Assembly: GCA_963664405.1 (NCBI GenBank)
Contig: OY761158.1
Coordinates: forward strand, 6,336,001 to 6,400,000
Length of the DNA stretch: 64,000 nt
Reading direction: 5' to 3'
DNA from: Thermoanaerobaculia bacterium
GTDB lineage: Bacteria > Acidobacteriota > Thermoanaerobaculia > Multivoradales > Multivoraceae
The notes beneath the pieces were generated by a model, which worked only from the letters and a program-made list of their open reading frames with translations, was not told the DNA's origin and did not search any database. Both the position numbers and the translations under genes were made by a program. Positions 20,446-30,777 of the stretch are shown in pieces. Numbering within the stretch: position 1 is the first letter of the stretch; the number at the start of each line of letters is the position of its first letter.

Positions 20446-21612
20446 ATGAGCGATGCGATGATTCGTCAGAGAACCGCTGGCCTTGCGATTCCGGATTTAC
20501 CCAATTCCTCCTTCAACGTACCGCCGCCCCTCGCGGATGCGACCGTGGCGATCGTCACCAGCGCCGGTCTGCAGCGGCCGGGCGAGGAGATCTGGGGGGC
20601 GGGCGAGCAGAGCTTCCGTTCTTTCGGCTCGGAAGAGCGGGACCTGACGATCAGCCACCTGTCGAACAACTTCGATCGCTCCGGCATCGTCGCGGACCTC
20701 AATGTCGTCTATCCGATCGATCGGCTGGAGGAGCTGGCGGCCGATGGCGCCATCGGCCGCGTGGCTCCCCGCCACCTGAGCTTCATGGGTGCGCTCGACG
20801 AGACCATGGCGACGATTCGGGAGGACACGGGCATCGCGGCGGCGAAGCAGCTTCGCGAGGACGGCGTCGACATTGTGTTGCTCACGCCGGTGTGACCCCT
20901 CTGCACCCGGTCGATCGGTACGATCGCACACGTTCTCGAAGCCGAGGGTCTCACCACGGTAGTGCTGGCCCTCATCCGCGACCACGTCGAGCGCTTGAAG
21001 CCGCCACGCGCGCTCTACGTTCCCTTCCCTCTTGGCCGACCTCTCGGCAAGCCCGACGATCCGCCATTCCAGCGGTCGGTCATCGAAGCCGCCCTCGCTC
21101 TGACGACAGAGCAGGAAGGGCCGGTCCTCGTCGACTTTCCCATCGAGGTTGCCGACGGTGCGGCCGAGCCGCTGTCGTGTCCTCTACCACCGCGAGAGCA
21201 CGCCGAGCTGCCGGCGGCTGTGGATGAGGCGCTCGGCCTGCGAGCTGCCTACAGGCGCAATCTGGAGACGTCAGGTCGTACTCTTGTCGGCCGGGCTATC
21301 TCCGCCGACGAGGTGACCCGGGCGATCGAGGCCTTCATTGCCATCGCGGGTGGCGAATCTTGGAAGGAACAGGGCCTCCAAGGGCACCCTCTGCTGTGGT
21401 CACGCGACATCACCAGCTACTACGAGGAGGCCGCTGCCAGCCTCGCCGATCACGTGCCGGCCGCGCGGGCTGCCGAGACCTGGTTCTATCAGAAGACGGA
21501 AGCCGGCAAGGTCCTACTCGAGGCGCGGGCGAAGCTGAAAGAGGCGGGGGAGCCCTTCTGGTTCTACCTCGTTCCTTTCACCCAAGATCTCGAGCTCGGC
21601 AGCCCCGGGTGA
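20446..21612 (+). CDS. Selenoprotein, glycine/sarcosine/betaine/proline reductase selenoprotein B-like (388 aa, Sec at TGA 20893-20895)
   Basis: VAIVTSAG, DLNVVYPIDRL, LLTPV-TGA-PLC (UxxC); frame continues through PPRALYVPFPLGRPLG to 21612. Confidence 0.85.
20902..20928 (+). promoter_or_regulatory. Putative bacterial SECIS hairpin
   Basis: CGATCG-GTA-CGATCG at 20912-20926, 17 nt after the UGA, with G in the apical loop. Confidence 0.55.
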
Positions 21613-21627
21613 GACGCCGAAGAGGAC

Positions 21628-23160
21628 GTGGATAGCACAATTCACATCCGTGTTGCGGATCTGGTGGTCATCTTTCTTTACCTGGCGGGCCTGGCAGCGC
21701 TGGGAATCTACTTTTCGCGGCGGAACAAGACGACGGACCAGTATTTCCTGGGAGATCGGAATTTTCCCGGCTGGGCGATCGGGCTTTCGCTGGTCGGAAC
21801 CTCGATCAGCTCAGTGACCTTTCTGGCCCATCCGGCGGCGGCATACGCGCTGGATTGGCGCCAGTTTCACTCTAACTGGGCAGCGCCGGTTGGCGCGCTG
21901 CTGGCCGTTGTTTTTTTCATCCCCATCTTCCGGCAAAAAGGCCGCACCACGGCCTTCGAATATCTGGAAGAACGATTCGGTCCCGTGGCTCGGCTGTACG
22001 GAGCGATCAGTTTTATCGGCATTCAGGTCGTTCGCACCAGTTCCATACTCTATCTGGTGGCAATTCCTATCAGCGTCTTGACCGGGCTGGACGTAGTCTG
22101 GGTGATCGTAATCAGCGGTGTTTTTATCGGCTTCTATACAGTCGCGGGCGGGATTGCCGCCGTTATATGGACGGACGTCACTCAGACGATCATCCTGATC
22201 GCGGGAGGCGCCATCTGTTTGGCAATCATTGCCTGGGATTTGCCCGGCGGCTTGGTGGAAATTGTCAGCGTAGCCAACGCCCATGACAAATTCAGCCCGG
22301 GTTCGATGGCGTTCAGCCTCAGCGAAAGGACTTTTCCCACCGTCGTTTTCTTGGGATTGTTCATTTTTCTAACCAGCTACGCATCGAACCAAAGTATTGT
22401 GCAGCGTTACATGGCGGCTTCTTCCCTAGTCGAAGCACGCAAGGCGACCTTGATCTCCGCCGGGCTCAGCTTGCCGATCTGGGCCTCGTTTTTCTTCTTG
22501 GGCACATCGCTGTTTGTGTACTACAACGTCTTCCCGGACCAAGCCGTCGCCAAATTGGAACCGGATCAGGTGTTTCCTCATTTCATGTTCACGCAGCTGC
22601 CCCCCGGTGTCGCGGGGCTGATCGTCGCGGCGGTGCTGTCGGCCGCCATGTCGTCACTCGACTCGAGCATTAACGCCAGTGCCATGGTCGGGGTTACAGA
22701 CCTTGTGAAACGATATTTTGCTCCCCATCGCAAGGACGAGTACTACCTGAAGATAGGCTGGGCCCTCTCGGTTGCCTCCGCAATCCTGATGATTGGAGGC
22801 GCGATCGTGTTCCATAGCCTGCCGAAAGAAACGATCTTCGACCAAGTACTGATCGCCAGCTCTCTCTTCGGAGGCTGCCTGATGGGCATGTTTTTCATGG
22901 GATTTTTCACAACGCGGGTAGGATACCAGGCCGTCTTGGCCGCCTTGCTCGTGGCACTTCTAGTACATTTCTATCTGGTGCTGAACACGATGCACATCTT
23001 GCCGGCATCGCTACGATTGCAAATCCATGACTATTGGGTCGGCATGTTGGTAAATTTGGCTTTCGCACCGGCAGCCTATCTGTTGAGTTTTGCTTTTGGT
23101 CGACCTAGGTCCAAACTGGAGGGGTTGACCGTGTGGACACAAAGAAGTGGGCCTTCCTAG
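21628..23160 (+). CDS. Sodium:solute symporter (SSS family), copy 1
   Basis: YFLGDR, TSISSVTFL, AVIWTD, QSIVQRY, AAMSSLDSSIN; many TM segments. Confidence 0.93.
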   Translation: MDSTIHIRVADLVVIFLYLAGLAALGIYFSRRNKTTDQYFLGDRNFPGWAIGLSLVGTSISSVTFLAHPAAAYALDWRQFHSNWAAPVGALLAVVFFIPIFRQKGRTTAFEYLEERFGPVARLYGAISFIGIQVVRTSSILYLVAIPISVLTGLDVVWVIVISGVFIGFYTVAGGIAAVIWTDVTQTIILIAGGAICLAIIAWDLPGGLVEIVSVANAHDKFSPGSMAFSLSERTFPTVVFLGLFIFLTSYASNQSIVQRYMAASSLVEARKATLISAGLSLPIWASFFFLGTSLFVYYNVFPDQAVAKLEPDQVFPHFMFTQLPPGVAGLIVAAVLSAAMSSLDSSINASAMVGVTDLVKRYFAPHRKDEYYLKIGWALSVASAILMIGGAIVFHSLPKETIFDQVLIASSLFGGCLMGMFFMGFFTTRVGYQAVLAALLVALLVHFYLVLNTMHILPASLRLQIHDYWVGMLVNLAFAPAAYLLSFAFGRPRSKLEGLTVWTQRSGPS

Positions 23161-23203
23161 CGACGGAGACTTGCCGACTACGCCCCAGGCTGGCCGACCG
23201 CGC

Positions 23204-24862
23204 CTATCTTCCGTCTTGTGCAGCCACCGACTTCAGAATCGCCTCCAGCTCTCCCAGGTCGGTCCCGCCGTCGCCGTTGCCGTCGATGAGAGCAAAGTTC
23301 TGCTTCAACGCACCCTGTGCTTCGCTCTCGCTGATCTTCTTGTCGCTGTCTGTATCTAGCGTAGACAGGATTGACAGAGCCCGATCCGCAGAGGGCGATG
23401 CTTGCGATTGCCCACCTTGAGGCTCGGCCATGGTGGCGTTCCACTTGTCCCACAGAGCCTTCAGCTCTTCGACCTTGTCGGTCTCGCTCGCGGCGAGGTC
23501 ACGGGTTTCGCCAATGTCGTCGCTCAAATTGTACAGCCGGTGCGGGGTGAGCGACGGGTTGTCCGTGCGATGCACATCCCCTTCGTCGATCTTGTTCATG
23601 TACCTCACCAGCTTCCAGTCTCCCTGGCGAACGGCCATCTGTCCGACCGTGCGCCAATAAAGCGCGTCGTGGGGTGGAGCGGTGGATCGATTCTCGAGTT
23701 GGGGCAGAAGGTTCACCCCGTCGAGCTTCCAGTCCGGCTCCGCTTCGACTCCCGCCGCGGCCAGCGCCGTCGGCAGAATGTCCAATTGGATCACCGGCTG
23801 ATCGTAAACCTCACCGGCCGGCAGATGTCCTTTCCACGAAACGACGAACGGCACGCGGATACCGCCCTCGAGCGTGGTTCCTTTCGAACCGCGGAGCGGC
23901 GTGTTGCGTGAGGCGTTGTACGCAAACTTATGGATGGTTGGCCCGCCATTGTCGCTGAGAAAGAAGATCAACGTGTCCTCTTCCAAGTCGGCTTGTTTCA
24001 ATTTATCGATCACCCGTCCAATGGCATCATCCATTGCCAGCGTCATCGCGGCATAGGTGCGCCGGACCGGATCCTGGATGGCCGCGAACTTTGCCAACCG
24101 CACATCGTCAGCGTGCATCGGCGTGTGCACCGCGTTGAACGACAGGTACAAGAAGAACGGAACGTCCTGGTGTCGCTCGATAAACGAAACCGCCTCGCGA
24201 CCGAACGCATCGGTCAGGTACCCCGGTTCCTCAACCGACTCGGTACCGCGAAGAATTTTCCCCTCCATGCGGCTTCCAACGTCCTCTCCGGCCCCCGTGC
24301 GATCTGGGAAGGGGATGCTCGGCAATCCGTTCTGGTAGCTGTGCCCGCCGCCCAAGAACCCGAAGAGCTCATCAAAGCCTCGTTGTTGCGGATGAAAGTC
24401 GGGCGTGGTTCCCAAATGCCATTTCCCAACCATGCCGGTGGCATACCCGGCTGCCCGCAGACGATCCGCAATCGTGGTTTCCGACAAAGGCAAACTCATA
24501 ATAGGCCGGCCCGGGTCGGGCCTCCAATCGTCGAGTGATAAGCCTCCGACCCCGCGGGCGGGTGGTTCGTGCGCCCAGCGTTCTTGATATCGCCCGGTCA
24601 AGAGGCCGGCCCGGGTCGGGCTGCACCAGCTTGCCGACACATAACCGCTGGTAAACCGCACGCCGCTTCGGGCCAACGCGTCCAGATTTGGTGTGGGAAT
24701 GTCCCGGACTCCCTGGAAACCAAGGTCGCCATATCCCAAGTCGTCGGCCATGATGATCAAGATATTCGGCTTGCGCTCCGCAGCAGCCACCAGCGACGTC
24801 ATCAAGCACAGCACCGTCGCCACCATGATGAGTCGTGGCCCGTACTGGGACAGCCGTTGCAT
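23204..24862 (-). CDS. Arylsulfatase-like Cys-type sulfatase with a C-terminal EF-hand pair
   Basis: PNILIIMADDLG, CSPTRAGLLTG, GKWHLG, SDNGG; DTDSDKKIS and DGNGDGGTD loops. Confidence 0.93.
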   Translation of the reverse strand: MQRLSQYGPRLIMVATVLCLMTSLVAAAERKPNILIIMADDLGYGDLGFQGVRDIPTPNLDALARSGVRFTSGYVSASWCSPTRAGLLTGRYQERWAHEPPARGVGGLSLDDWRPDPGRPIMSLPLSETTIADRLRAAGYATGMVGKWHLGTTPDFHPQQRGFDELFGFLGGGHSYQNGLPSIPFPDRTGAGEDVGSRMEGKILRGTESVEEPGYLTDAFGREAVSFIERHQDVPFFLYLSFNAVHTPMHADDVRLAKFAAIQDPVRRTYAAMTLAMDDAIGRVIDKLKQADLEEDTLIFFLSDNGGPTIHKFAYNASRNTPLRGSKGTTLEGGIRVPFVVSWKGHLPAGEVYDQPVIQLDILPTALAAAGVEAEPDWKLDGVNLLPQLENRSTAPPHDALYWRTVGQMAVRQGDWKLVRYMNKIDEGDVHRTDNPSLTPHRLYNLSDDIGETRDLAASETDKVEELKALWDKWNATMAEPQGGQSQASPSADRALSILSTLDTDSDKKISESEAQGALKQNFALIDGNGDGGTDLGELEAILKSVAAQDGR

Positions 24863-24981
24863 AGTTAGTCGGCGGGAGAATTGCCCCAGCGCGTCACAGA
24901 TCATTCGCCTATCGGTTCGTATGTTTGGCATCTAGAGAGCGTGTCCTTTTAGTTATAGTTAGTCACGTGAATTACAGTCGC

Positions 24982-26139
24982 CTATCGCGAGGACATCATT
25001 TCCAGAACTTGCGTCAGCTCATCGAGATCGATTCCGCCATCGCCGTTGGCGTCGAGCATCGCGAAGTTGGCTTTCATATCGTCGACCGCTTCGTCCTCGC
25101 TGATCTTGCCGTCCTTATCGGAGTCGAGCGAGCTGAGGATGAACGGTGCTCGACCGGCGTCTAAGGACTGTTGGGGGCCTGCCGGTGAGAGATTACCCGG
25201 CGTCGGTGGATTTGCCGTCAAGTCAATACGGTCCTTGAGTCTGAGGGTGTACTCGTCTTCGATTGCGGCGGCGTGGTGATGTCCGAAATCGCTTGCACCG
25301 ATTTTCTGGACTACGTCCTTAAATGCGCGATGACTGGGAAATTTAAGCATGCGATAGTCGCTCCACGTGCGGCCATCGCCGAGGATTACGCCATCAACCT
25401 CAGCCCTCAGCATGGGCACGCCGCCCGCCGCATGGAGAATTCCCTCGACGGACTTCTCGAACAGCTCCATCGCTTCGCGGCCGCTGCGTTTCGGCTCGTT
25501 ACTGCCGGCGGGGTACTGGGCCACATCGCGATACTTGACGAGATGGAAATACGTGAACGGTTGATCCCCGGCAGTCGCCGGATAGGGGATATCCTTCGCG
25601 GCGAGGGGCGTCCTGTTAGAAAACGTCCACGGTTCCGGTATCGTCACTATGATCTGGGCTTCCTCTAAGCTGGCGCTTTTATGTTGGGCTGTATTCCTCC
25701 AGTCTGAACTCGAGGACATTCCCATCAACTTCGCGCGGCTCGGATACATGACGATGCCAACCGTGTCCCGAGCCGGGCCCTTTCCGACCAGCTGCTCTAT
25801 GACCGTACCGCCATAAACGAGCCCGCCGCCCGCTTTCGCAACTTCCGGCAGCGGATCGTAGAGCTGACCGGCTTCTCGTCCGCTCAATCCGGTCTCCCGA
25901 GCGTCGTCATACTCGGCCTTTTCCCGATACTTATTGACGTTGAGCATGTAGAACATGTTGTCGTCCTCGGGCGCAACCGCCATGAAGCTCGCCGAGTCGG
26001 GATTCGGCGTGCCGTAGCTGGGACCGCCGGGCCGGCGTTGCGCACCCGCTGCAGGAGAGAACATGAAAGCGGCTACTGCCGTGAGAACGAGCCCTGCCAT
26101 CTGGCGTGAATTGATGATCTTCGCTAAGTCGATACTCAT
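24982..26139 (-). CDS. Secreted tandem DUF1330-like protein with a C-terminal EF-hand pair
   Basis: Signal peptide; two repeats of (MLNxxKYRExAxY...SGREA...YPS...H); DSDKDGKIS and DANGDGGID loops. Confidence 0.75.
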   Translation of the reverse strand: MSIDLAKIINSRQMAGLVLTAVAAFMFSPAAGAQRRPGGPSYGTPNPDSASFMAVAPEDDNMFYMLNVNKYREKAEYDDARETGLSGREAGQLYDPLPEVAKAGGGLVYGGTVIEQLVGKGPARDTVGIVMYPSRAKLMGMSSSSDWRNTAQHKSASLEEAQIIVTIPEPWTFSNRTPLAAKDIPYPATAGDQPFTYFHLVKYRDVAQYPAGSNEPKRSGREAMELFEKSVEGILHAAGGVPMLRAEVDGVILGDGRTWSDYRMLKFPSHRAFKDVVQKIGASDFGHHHAAAIEDEYTLRLKDRIDLTANPPTPGNLSPAGPQQSLDAGRAPFILSSLDSDKDGKISEDEAVDDMKANFAMLDANGDGGIDLDELTQVLEMMSSR

Positions 26140-26397
26140 GATGCCTTCTCCTATGCGTACACGACGTTCTTCGGACATTTCCGCACGATCGCGTACATTG
26201 ACACATAAACCTGCTATTGTCACCGGGAGTGACAAATAGGTGAAGCAGGCGGCCTCCTCTTTTCTGAGCTAATCGCGAGGCCCGTAGTGCGGCGCGGCGC
26301 CAATGTCGTTTTGACTCGGCCCGAACATACTAGAGGTCTGTTCCATCGAAATACGAGGCCACGGCTCCGGCCGCGATCGCCCGACAGGAGATGCCCG

Positions 26398-27417
26398 ATG
26401 AAGAACCAGATCACCCTCCTCACTCTCTGCGCACTGACCACGCTTGCGACCTTCGCCGCCGACATTCCGCGTACAGCGAGCGGTAGGCCGGATCTTTCCG
26501 GTAACTACGATCTGGCGAGTCTCACTCCGATGGAGCGCGCTTCGCGCTTTGGCGACCGGCTCTTCTTGACTCGAGAAGAGGCGGAGCAGATGGCCGAGAA
26601 CGCGGCGAAGTTTCGCCGCTCGCGCGCGGAGGCCAGCGATCCGGAGCGCGGCGCGCCTCCCGCCGGCGGCGACGGATCGCCCGGACCCGCGGGCGACGTC
26701 GGTGGCTACAACTTCTTCTGGATCGACAACGGTAGCGAAGCCTTCTCGATCGACGGCAAGTTTCGCACCTCGATCCTCACCGACCCGCCCAACGGACGCC
26801 TGCCGCCGCTGTCCGCAGCCGGCAAGGAGCGCCGCAAAGACCTCCATCCCTACGCCTACAAGAACACCGGCGATGCCTGGTGGCTCGAGACCGGAGACGA
26901 CCCCTACGACGGGCCGGAGACACTGTCACTGGTGGATCGCTGCCTCTATTTGTCGCCCGCCGCCCTGCCGGCGCGCCCGGTCGCCTACAACAACATCAAG
27001 ACCGTCGTGCAGACCGACACCCACGTGAGCATCCTGGTCGAGTGGATGCATTGGGCGCGCATCATCCGGCTAGACTCCAAGCATCCGCCGGAGGACATCC
27101 GCTCTCTGGGCGGCGACTCGATCGGCTGGTGGGAGGGCGACACGCTGGTGGTCGACACCACCAACTTCCTCGCCGTCCCCGGAACGCCTCGCGAGGGCCT
27201 GCACATCGTCGAGCGTTTCTCGCGCACCGCGGGTGGGTTGCACTACCAATTCACGGTCAACGACCCCGACTACACGGCTCCTTATACCGGCGAGCTGCTG
27301 TGGCCGCAGACCGAGGACAGACTCTTCGAGTATGCGTGCCACGAGGGCAACTACGCCATGGGCAACATCCTCCGAGGAGCGAGACTGCTCGAGCGCGAGA
27401 CGCTGGAAAAGCCATGA
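26398..27417 (+). CDS. Conserved secreted hypothetical protein
   Basis: Signal peptide; PRTASGRPDLSG, GDSIGWWEGDTLVVDTTNF, FEYACHEGNY; AGGAG RBS. Confidence 0.85.
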   Translation: MKNQITLLTLCALTTLATFAADIPRTASGRPDLSGNYDLASLTPMERASRFGDRLFLTREEAEQMAENAAKFRRSRAEASDPERGAPPAGGDGSPGPAGDVGGYNFFWIDNGSEAFSIDGKFRTSILTDPPNGRLPPLSAAGKERRKDLHPYAYKNTGDAWWLETGDDPYDGPETLSLVDRCLYLSPAALPARPVAYNNIKTVVQTDTHVSILVEWMHWARIIRLDSKHPPEDIRSLGGDSIGWWEGDTLVVDTTNFLAVPGTPREGLHIVERFSRTAGGLHYQFTVNDPDYTAPYTGELLWPQTEDRLFEYACHEGNYAMGNILRGARLLERETLEKP

Positions 27418-27646
27418 AGTGCTCGAGGTCGAGGTCCCTGGTTGTCGCCGTCGTCGCGGCCTGGGTCGCATCGGTTGGCAGCGCGCATTCGGAACAGAAA
27501 CCGCCGTCGGTGGATGAACGGGAACGGGTAAACGGGTAGGAAAGGCAATCCACTACGGTGCAGGCAGAGGCGATGGAGTGGGCCCTTCGGGGAATGAGTG
27601 CCGTCGAGCTCGGCGGTCGCCCGGCCCAGATCGAAGAGCTCGACGA

Positions 27647-29602
27647 TGATGCCACGGAAGACGACAGCCCGTGACCTGCTGCGCCACGTGGCCGCCGGCC
27701 TGGTCGCTGCCTCGGTCGTCGGGGGAGCGACAGGCCTGGCGCTCACGCTTCGGGCGGCAACCCTGGAATTGTCCGACTTGCTCTTCGGTGGCGAGGGTCC
27801 CTGGGCCATCCTGGCGGCGTTCCTGGGTGCGACACTCTCTCTGTTGCTGATCGCGATCCTCTCGCCCATCGTGCTGATCATCGGCGGCCTGGGAAACAGA
27901 ATCCCGTGGATCGGAGCCCTGCGACCCGCCTGGACCTACTCGTTTGTCTGCATCGCAGCGCTGCTCTTTCTGCACGGGGCTTTCGTTGTGGTCTTCAACG
28001 TCGTACGTGACGCATCGAGCCCGCGGGGGCTCGTGCTGCTGGGATCCCTGTTCCTGGTGTGCGGCCTCGGCGCCGTCTCCTTGTCCATTCTGATGCGGCG
28101 ACGAGCACCATTCGAGGACGGGCCGCCTGCTCGGCGGGATCTGCTGGCGTTGCCCGGGCTTGCGGCCCTGGCCTTGATCTCCTGGGGCTCTTTTTCATGG
28201 CTTGGATCGGAGTCCGCGACCGCAGTCCGAGTGGTGCTGACTTCCCCGCTGGTGAAGAGCACGAGTGACCTCGCCCGAGCTCCAGACGTGATCCTGATAT
28301 CGATCGACACCCTGCGGGCCGATCATCTGAGCTGTTCTGGCTACGACCGGTCCACCACTCCGAACCTCGACTGGCTCGCCGCGGGGGGGGGCGCGCTTTC
28401 CCAGGATGCGCAGCAGCGCGCCCTGGACGCTGCCCTCGCACGCTTCGATGATGACGGGCCTCTACCCCTCGACCCCCGGCGCGCGCTTCTACTCCAACTT
28501 CAGCTTTCTGCGCACGGGCACCTCTGTGCGCCTGGGTGAGGAATTCGAGACGGTCGCCGAGTCCCTCGTGAACATTGGATTCGACAGCGCGGCGTTCACG
28601 ACCGCCACCTGGCTGAGCAGGAGCTTCGGCGTAGTGCAAGGCTTCGAGAACCTGGATACCCAGCTCGAGAGCCCGTCCAACCTGGTCGTGGATCGTGCCT
28701 TGAAGTGGCTCGACGACAGGGGGAATCGGCCCCTGTTCCTCTTTCTACACCTCTTCGACGTGCACGATTACACGTCCCCCCCGGAATTCGAGGCCCTCTA
28801 TGTCGATCCGGACTACGACGGAGTGTTGAGAGGCCGTGCTCGATCGATGATGTCCAATTCCTACGACGAATTGAGTCGAGAGGACCTGGCCTATGCCGTC
28901 GATCAATACGACGCGGCACTGCGGTTCGTGGACGCAGAGCTGGGCCGACTCTTCGCCGGGTTGCGGACGCGTGGGCGCTTCGAGAACGCGCTGATCATCG
29001 TGACCTCCGATCACGGCGAGGAGTTTTGGGAGCATGGCGGCAGCGGCCACGGATTCACGCTTTACGACGATCAGTTGCGCGTCCCGCTGATCGTCAAGCC
29101 GCCCGCGAATGAGGTGGTCACGGTCTCCGTGCCGCAGATGCTCGCGTCGACCGTCGATCTAGCTCCGACGATTCTCGACTATGCCGGGGTCGCGAGTGCG
29201 AAGGAGCGCTTCGAGGGCATTTCCCTCAGACCGGCAATAGAGGGTGGAGATCTGCCACCGAGGCGAAGCGTCTTCGCGGAGACCACCTACTTCTTCAACA
29301 CTTACGCGGTCGTCGAGGAGAGCCACAAGTACATTCACAACCGTGTGCCATCACCCATGCTGGCTGAGCCCGCGCTGCTGCTCTCCAACATTCGCTCGTT
29401 CTACAAGTTTCGCGGATCGGAGCTGTACGACTTGAGCGTGGATCCCGATGAGCTGGAGAATCGCGAAGGGGCCGCGGACTCCCTCGAAGCGAGCCTTCGT
29501 GACCAGCTGCTCGACCACGTATCCCGAATGCAGCGGGTGCAGGCGATGGACCTCAGCGAGAAGCTGCGTCAGCAACTGCGAGCGCTGGGCTACGTCGAGT
29601 GA
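27647..29602 (+). pseudogene. Membrane-anchored sulfatase/alkaline-phosphatase-superfamily enzyme with a +1 frameshift in a G9 run
   Basis: About 5 TM helices; ISIDTLRADH, then WTLPSH and TSDHGEEF in the shifted frame; G9 at 28383-28391. Confidence 0.85.
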
Positions 29603-29707
29603 ATTCGTGAGGTGCCCTGGAATCCTCGCACTCTTTGTGCAAACCACCTCCGGTCGCCTCGTGCGCATAGCGCGCAGCTCCGTTAGTGTTAAAGGCACAC
29701 CGCTACA

Positions 29708-30622
29708 ATGGAGGTCGCGATGACCCATCGTACGATGGCACTGCGCTCGAGCCTGTCCCTCGTCTTTTACCTGGCACTCGCCGGTGGCACGGTGGTGGCG
29801 CAGGACGCACCCCGGACCGAGCTGGGGAGGCGTCTGCTCGAGAATCATGGCGACGGCGCCTTCCTCCGCCTGGAGGAAGTGAAGCTGAGGCCAGCCGTCG
29901 CCTACCCGGACGGGACAGCGTTCGGTCTTAAGACTCCCACAGCCGCCTACCAGGCCTATCTCACGGGCCTGCGTGCGGTCGAGGAAGAGGCCGGCGTGAC
30001 GACCCTGCTCGTGAACAACGTCCTGCGCCGGACGACACCCGGCCGCCCAGAGGACTGGCCCATCAAACCCTACTGCGACTGGGACATCGTGGTGTTGAAG
30101 CAATACCCGAGCTGGCGGGCGTGGGAAACGGTGGAGGGGAGCGCAGCGCAGGAGGCGGCCCTCGTGCATCGCGAGGCCGCGGTGGAGGCCGAGCAGGTGG
30201 TGGTGGGCGTGGCGCGGCAGCCACCCGCAGCGCCGCGGCAGGCCGCCTCCGCCGACCCGGCCGACCCGGCAATGCATGTGGTGAACCTCATCAGGCTCCG
30301 CGAGGAGGCCTACTACCCCGACGGCGAGCATCCCGGCTCGTCCGGCCTCGAAGCCTACGGACGCTACCGCGGTGGCGGGGAGCTGGCGACCCTGGACCGC
30401 GAGCTCCTGGTCGGCGCCGACGTCCCCGACGCGCTCAACCCTCCCGACGTCCGCTGGTGGCGCCTGAACATCGTGCGCTACCCCAGCTTGCGCGACTTCA
30501 TGGAGATAGAACTGACCCCCGAGTTCCGCAGCATCTACCGCCACAAGGTGGCGGGCCTGAGTCCGATCTGCAGCCCGGCCACCGTGCCGACCCTGCCCGA
30601 GTCATCGCTGGGTGGCGAGTAG
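29708..30622 (+). CDS. Secreted tandem DUF1330-like protein (start probably 29720)
   Basis: Signal peptide; VNLIRLREEAYY...GLEAYGRY...IVRYPS...RHKVAGL and an upstream homologous repeat. Confidence 0.7.
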   Translation: MEVAMTHRTMALRSSLSLVFYLALAGGTVVAQDAPRTELGRRLLENHGDGAFLRLEEVKLRPAVAYPDGTAFGLKTPTAAYQAYLTGLRAVEEEAGVTTLLVNNVLRRTTPGRPEDWPIKPYCDWDIVVLKQYPSWRAWETVEGSAAQEAALVHREAAVEAEQVVVGVARQPPAAPRQAASADPADPAMHVVNLIRLREEAYYPDGEHPGSSGLEAYGRYRGGGELATLDRELLVGADVPDALNPPDVRWWRLNIVRYPSLRDFMEIELTPEFRSIYRHKVAGLSPICSPATVPTLPESSLGGE

Positions 30623-30777
30623 CAAGCGCAGCACCATGATGAGCGAAGCGCAACGGGGGGTCCCAGATAAGGAACTTCTCTTGATCGTCGCCGAAGGGCG
30701 CGGCCAACGATCAGCGCAAAGACGGAGCGGGCCGGGAGGACGCGAGGGGCAGGTAGGCGCTCGTCGACCGGTTCGGA

